A DNA stretch of 64,000 nucleotides from Candidatus Hydrogenedentota bacterium (lineage in GTDB: Bacteria > Hydrogenedentota > Hydrogenedentia > Hydrogenedentales > SLHB01): assembly GCA_013359265.1 (NCBI GenBank), contig JABWCD010000001.1, positions 41,000 to 104,999 of the forward strand, given 5' to 3'. The notes beneath the pieces are model-generated. The model searched no databases. It was not told the origin of the DNA and was given only the letters and a program-made list of their open reading frames with translations. This document shows positions 59,311 through 64,000 of the stretch, piece by piece (the stretch's first letter is position 1; the number at the start of each line of letters is the position of its first letter). A program made the translations under genes and the position numbers.

Positions 59311-59923
59311 GGAGGAAAAGCCCCCGCGGCGGCGTTCCCTGTGGCGAGTGCGGGACACACTTATCTATTTATGGACGCCATTGGAGAAAGTGCGCGGGCG
59401 CGCGAATGTCGCCGAAAATCCCGCACTTCGCGGGCGGCCACCGGCGCGGCCGAATGCCCCCGGCGCGCGGCGGGATTCAATGGTCCATCCAAAACACGCA
59501 GCGAAAATACATTATACATAACCAATTCAAAATGAATATCTTACATATATCACACAACCCAATACGTTCGGGTACTTCCGCGAATCCGCGTACCTGGTCC
59601 GGGGGAAGCGGAAAGTCGCTGAAGGATCGTTTTCTGCGAAATCAAAAAAAAGTCTTGCCAACGATCTGAAAAAGGATTAACGTTTTTGTGGGCAAGTTCG
59701 GGTACACGCAAGCCGGGGTCGGCAACGTCATGTCGGTTTGCGTGCAGGTGAAGGAGGGCGCGCAGGGCAAAACACACACCGTTCAGTACGCTGAGTGTTC
59801 CGTATCATTGCATTTTTCGATTCATGACTACTTGTAATGGGTTCAAAAGGCGATATTGGGGTCGCCGCTCGGTGAAAAAACCGGTGTGCAGACAAAGCAC
59901 ACTTCTCGATGGGGAGAAAGTAG

Positions 59924-61048
59924 ATGAGAGGAAGAGTACGAGGCTTTACGCTGATCGAACTGCTCGTCGTCATCGCGATCATCGCGATTCTCGCGGCAAT
60001 CCTCCTGCCGGCGCTGGCGCGCGCGCGCGAGGCGGCCCGCCGGGCATCGTGCCAGAACAACCTCAAGCAGTTGGGGATTGTCCACAAGATGTTCGCGAAC
60101 GAAGCGTCAGAAAATCGTTGGCCGCAGAACGGTATCGACCACACGAATACCGGCTTCAACGCGACCAAGCGCATGAATGCCTACCACATGTGGAAGGACA
60201 TCATTCCCGAGTACCTGTCGGACATCAAAGTCCTGACCTGCCCGTCGCAGGGTCGCCAGGGCTTGTATGCCGCGACGGAGCTCAACAATGCCCGCAACCT
60301 GAACGCGGGTTGCGATCCGTCGATCGTCACGTATGCCACGACGAACAACGAACGCGACAATCCCTGCTTCGGCAAGACAGGCGTGACCGCGGCGGACATC
60401 GCCACCTATGGCGTCACCGGTTCGCCGCCGGCGCGCTGGTTCAATGGCTGCGACGTTCTCCCGGATCGCTGCCAGGTGCAGCCGCACACCGACCTGGTGA
60501 AGACGGGATACAATGACGTCCGCGCGTACCGTTACTTCGGGTGGGCCATCAATCCCGACTGGATGACGAACCTCGAAGACTACTGGTACGTCGGCATGCT
60601 GTACGCGAAGAATAGCTTGAGCGTCGGCGTAGAGGTTACCGGTGGTACCACCGGCACCAACATCACGCCCGCCGTTTGGTCAAACCGCAACAACGACCGC
60701 ACGTACAACTTGCCGTCCGGTAAGGTGGCATTTGTAGGCCGTCTCCGCGAAGGGCTCGAGCGGTTCTTCATTACCGACATCAATAACCCGGGCGGCAGCG
60801 CGGCGGCACAGTCCAACATCCTCGTGATGGCGGACGAGGCCCGCGCGTACAATGGTTCGGGTCAGGTGTTCGGCGGTTTGGACGGCTCTGGCCGCTTCAA
60901 CCATGTCCCGGGCGGCGTGAACGCCCTGTACATGGATGGTCACGTGGAATGGCTCAAGTATGTCACGCCGGGTGGTCGCACTTGGCACGTCAACGAGTTC
61001 GCATACAAGCGTCCGGCTGGCGTTACCGCGACCCCGGACTTTCCGTAG
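59924..61048 (+). CDS. DUF1559 family protein with canonical prepilin-type N-terminal cleavage/methylation motif and H-X9-DG C-terminus
   Basis: [36 protein letters not shown]. Confidence 0.85.
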   Translation: MRGRVRGFTLIELLVVIAIIAILAAILLPALARAREAARRASCQNNLKQLGIVHKMFANEASENRWPQNGIDHTNTGFNATKRMNAYHMWKDIIPEYLSDIKVLTCPSQGRQGLYAATELNNARNLNAGCDPSIVTYATTNNERDNPCFGKTGVTAADIATYGVTGSPPARWFNGCDVLPDRCQVQPHTDLVKTGYNDVRAYRYFGWAINPDWMTNLEDYWYVGMLYAKNSLSVGVEVTGGTTGTNITPAVWSNRNNDRTYNLPSGKVAFVGRLREGLERFFITDINNPGGSAAAQSNILVMADEARAYNGSGQVFGGLDGSGRFNHVPGGVNALYMDGHVEWLKYVTPGGRTWHVNEFAYKRPAGVTATPDFP

Positions 61049-61156
61049 GCCGAGTAGTGCTGACCCGATACCAACGCGTGTAGCGTAGTATGAAGTGTGC
61101 GCGGAGCGCCGGAGTACTTCTGTACTCCGGCCTCCGCATGTCTAAGGAGATGCGTC

Positions 61157-61603
61157 ATGAGGGGCTTGATTCTGGGTACTGCCTTTTGCTTTCTATTCGT
61201 GGCAATGCTTTCTGGCTGTTCAGGCGGGAGCACACCCCTGCAAGAGGAGCAGCGTGACATTTCAGGGATGGCGCCTATACAGGTCCTTTGTGCCGCCGCT
61301 TATGAGGGACAGTTAGACGAAGTGAAGAACCTCCTCGCCGCCGATCCGTCACTCATCAACGCGAAAGGCGAACTCGGCCGCACAGCACTCCATGCTGCGG
61401 CCGGCGGCGGGCAATCGGGCATCGTAGACTATCTGTTGTCGCAAGGTGCCGATCCCACGATTACCGACGAAGACGGCAATTCGCCCGCGAGCGCAGCGCT
61501 CGAATTCGCCCATACGGGAATAGCCAAGACCCTGCGCGAGGCGGAAGTAAAGGCGCTGGAAGCGGGCGGCGCCGCTGCACCGGCCGCGCCACCCGCACAG
61601 TAG
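61157..61603 (+). CDS. ankyrin-repeat lipoprotein
   Basis: AAGGAG RBS 7 nt upstream; lipobox LSGCSG; two to three ANK repeats (GRTALHAAAGGGQSGIVDYLLSQGADP). Confidence 0.75.
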   Translation: MRGLILGTAFCFLFVAMLSGCSGGSTPLQEEQRDISGMAPIQVLCAAAYEGQLDEVKNLLAADPSLINAKGELGRTALHAAAGGGQSGIVDYLLSQGADPTITDEDGNSPASAALEFAHTGIAKTLREAEVKALEAGGAAAPAAPPAQ

Positions 61604-61682
61604 GTTTCCCAGCAACCGCGGTATCGCCTTCACGGTACGACGGCGCAGCAAGAGAACGCAGCCGCCGACACCGGCATAGTGC

Positions 61683-61990
61683 GCTGCATTCTCGTCCCGT
61701 CGTTGCATTCGCTGCATTCTCGTTACCAACTTTCCAGTTGGTAACGCGCTCTTGAAAAGCTCCGCTTTGCACTGCGCGCACTCCGGCTGCGGCAACGTGG
61801 CAAGACGGAGCGAAGCAGAGCTTCGCAAGAGCGCGTTCCCAACTGGAAAGTTGGGAACGAGTTAAAACTGGAAGGTTGGGAACGAGTTAAAAAGTCGGGA
61901 ACGAGGAATCAACGAAAGTTGGGAACGAGTTAACGAGGAGATCGAAAGGTTGGGAGCGAGGAATCAACGAGGGCATCGAGTTAACTGAGG
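61683..61990. repeat. repeat-dense intergenic region: inverted pair of family A elements plus five degenerate GTTGGGAACGAG units
   Basis: 61716-61765 is reverse copy, 61806-61860 forward copy; hairpins GTTACCAACTTTCCAGTTGGTAAC and GTTCCCAACTGGAAAGTTGGGAAC; tandem units 61838-61975. Confidence 0.7.
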
Positions 61991-61998
61991 GGACCATC

Positions 61999-64000
61999 AT
62001 GCTGGTGCGAAGTGTGTACGGTGTAGTTTTGGGCCTGTTGGTGGTGGTTTTCGCGGCCGGGGCGCAGCCGTTTGAACTCACGAAGGCCGTCGTCGTGCGC
62101 GGGAGCGACGATCCCGTTGTCGCGAAGAGCGCAACGATGCTCGTCGAGGAGATCGCGCGGATCAGCGGCGTCACGCTAATCGAGAAGCCGGGCAAACCGG
62201 ACGGTTCCGCGATCGTCGTCGTCCTTGAAAAGGACCTGGCAGGCGTATCCGGCAAACTCCCCAGCGGTCTCACCGTGCCCGCCAAAGCCGAGGGCTACGC
62301 GCTGTGGACCGCCGGCGATCAGGTTTGGATCGTCGGCCATGACCCGCGCGGGGCGCTCTTCGGCGTCGGCCATCTGTTGCGCAAGCTCGAACTGCGCGAC
62401 GGCTCCGTCACGCTTCCCGCACCGCTAAAGGTATCCACCGCGCCCGTCGATCGCATCCGCGGCCATCAACTGGGCTACCGCAACGCGAACAACACGTGGG
62501 ACGCGTGGGACGAGAAGCAGTTCGATCAATACATCCGCGACCTCATCGTTTTCGGTATGAACGCGGTCGAGCTTATCCCCGATTTCGACGAAACGCCGAA
62601 GGAGAGTCCGGTCATGAAGATGACCGCGACGGAAATGAACGAGAAGCTGTGCCACATTATCCATTCCTACGGAATCGACGTCTGGGCGTGGCACGCGCTG
62701 AAGGGGGACGTCGCCGACGCGGCCCTCGCGGAGACGGAACTGGCGCGCAGCCGCGAGGTGTTCAAGCAGTTGCCCGTGCTCGATGCGCTGTTCATTCCCG
62801 GCGGCGATCCGGGCGATACGCTGCCCAAACACCTGATGCCGTTCCTCGAGAAGCTGGTCGCCATCCTGCACGAGGTGCACCCGAAGTGCGAGTTCTGGCT
62901 TTCGACGCAGGGCTTCGAGGACGAGGACAGCGAGTTCTTCTTCAACTATCTCGCGACCCAAAAGCCAAAATGGTTCACGGGGGTCATCTTCGGTCCCTGG
63001 GCCAAGATGAACTTGAAAGAGATTCGCGAACGCACGCCGAAGGAGTACCGCGTGCGCTCGTATCCGGACATCACGCACACCGTGCGCTGCCAGTATCCCG
63101 TGCCGCGTTGGGACCGCGCGTTCGCGCACACGCTGGGCCGCGAACCCGCAAACCCGCGGCCCTTCGCGCAGACCCACATCCACAACGGCGAACTCGACGA
63201 CAGCGAAGGGTTTGTCACCTACTCCGACGGCGTGAACGACGACGTGAACAAAGTCATCTGGACTTCCGTGGGCTGGGACCCGAAGGCCGATATCACCGAA
63301 GTGCTCGAGGACTATGGCCGCTATTTCATCGGCGCGGATTTCGCCGAGCAAACCGCCAAGGGTCTTATCGGCCAGGAAGACAATTGGAAGGGCGCGCTGG
63401 CGGAGAATGCGTCCGTGGATAAGACCCTCGCGCTGTGGCAGGACGTCGAGAAACGTTCGACCGAAAAGGCGCTGAAAGAAAACTGGCGCCTGCAGCAGTG
63501 CCTCATCCGCGCGTATTACGACGCGTACCAGAAGGCGCGGCTCGTCGTGGAAACGGACGCGGAGAAGAAGGCCTACTCGGAACTCGCGAAAGCGCCGCAG
63601 GTGGGCGCGGACAAGGCAATGCAGGCGGCGATCGCGGCGTTGGCCGCGCCGGACAAATCGCCCGCCACGCCGGAACTGAAGCAACGCGTCGAAAAACTCG
63701 GCGACGAACTGTTCCACAGCATCGGCATGCAGTTGCACGTCGAGAAGTACAAGGCCAGCGGCGCCGAGCGCGGCGCGATTCTCGAAGGGTTGGACCGCCC
63801 CCTGAACGACCGTTACTGGTTGCAGGGCCACTTCCTCGAAATTTTCCACGAAAAAGACGAGAAGGTGAAGTTAGATCGAATCAGCAAGGTGATCAATTGG
63901 GAGACGCCCGCACCCGGCGCGCTGTACGACGATCTCGGCAACGGGCGCAAGGAACCGCATCTCGTAATCGCGAACAAGTGGGAAGACGATCCCGGATACG
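61999..64000 (+). CDS. secreted glycoside-hydrolase-like protein, 3-prime partial (frame open to window end)
   Basis: ATG at 61999 with signal peptide LGLLVVVFAAGAQP; frame 1 read by eye has no stop to 64000; not in track because unterminated; family not assigned. Confidence 0.5.
   Translation, partial: MLVRSVYGVVLGLLVVVFAAGAQPFELTKAVVVRGSDDPVVAKSATMLVEEIARISGVTLIEKPGKPDGSAIVVVLEKDLAGVSGKLPSGLTVPAKAEGYALWTAGDQVWIVGHDPRGALFGVGHLLRKLELRDGSVTLPAPLKVSTAPVDRIRGHQLGYRNANNTWDAWDEKQFDQYIRDLIVFGMNAVELIPDFDETPKESPVMKMTATEMNEKLCHIIHSYGIDVWAWHALKGDVADAALAETELARSREVFKQLPVLDALFIPGGDPGDTLPKHLMPFLEKLVAILHEVHPKCEFWLSTQGFEDEDSEFFFNYLATQKPKWFTGVIFGPWAKMNLKEIRERTPKEYRVRSYPDITHTVRCQYPVPRWDRAFAHTLGREPANPRPFAQTHIHNGELDDSEGFVTYSDGVNDDVNKVIWTSVGWDPKADITEVLEDYGRYFIGADFAEQTAKGLIGQEDNWKGALAENASVDKTLALWQDVEKRSTEKALKENWRLQQCLIRAYYDAYQKARLVVETDAEKKAYSELAKAPQVGADKAMQAAIAALAAPDKSPATPELKQRVEKLGDELFHSIGMQLHVEKYKASGAERGAILEGLDRPLNDRYWLQGHFLEIFHEKDEKVKLDRISKVINWETPAPGALYDDLGNGRKEPHLVIANKWEDDPGY

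Noticed and set aside
61838-61975. Possible CRISPR array
   Set aside because: Repeat units are only about 12-15 nt, degenerate, with irregular 10-20 nt spacers, and no cas genes are present; interpreted as REP/MITE-like tandem units.
62425-63849. 474-aa minus-strand ORF and 62496..63422 plus ORF
   Set aside because: Overlap the unterminated frame-1 plus-strand gene starting 61999, which has a signal peptide and protein-like composition. These ORFs are Arg-rich antisense/alternate-frame.

Overview
64 kb high-GC (about 60-65 percent) chromosomal segment. Gene content (DUF1501/DUF1553 PSD1 pair, two DUF1559 prepilin-like H-X9-DG proteins, DUF1080, many secreted beta-propeller/TIM-barrel proteins) suggests a Planctomycetota-like genome; this is inference, not a database result. 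Recognisable blocks: (i) a complete Pho regulon transporter operon pstS-pstC-pstA-pstB-pstB-phoU on the minus strand (1.5-6.4 kb); (ii) an overlapping-gene operon FMO / Rieske oxygenase / DJ-1 / TenA-like / 1124-aa propeller protein (6.8-13.5 kb); (iii) ROK kinase, DUF1501 and DUF1553 genes with a low-GC islet between them; (iv) aminotransferase, NfeD-flotillin pair, tadA, DUF1080, sigma-70-type factor, apt, HAD, VOC; (v) the centrepiece: a CurM/Ols-type terminal-olefin synthase cluster (FAAL, ACP-KS-AT-KR-ACP-sulfotransferase-thioesterase megasynthase of 2260 aa, type II thioesterase, Sfp PPTase; 30.5-40.9 kb) flanked by PhzF, NnrE, YncE-like and a membrane fatty-acid desaturase; (vi) large GH13-like protein, amidohydrolase, HAD, phosphomannomutase, glnK-amt with candidate sigma54 promoter; (vii) a wHTH regulator plus 477-aa unknown protein pair, polysaccharide deacetylase, DUF1559, ankyrin lipoprotein and a partial glycoside-hydrolase-like gene at the window end. 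Several families of short dispersed palindromic/hexamer repeats populate intergenic regions and even supply gene 3-prime ends. No rRNA, tRNA or CRISPR was recognised. High GC produces many long antisense ORFs in the track that were rejected.
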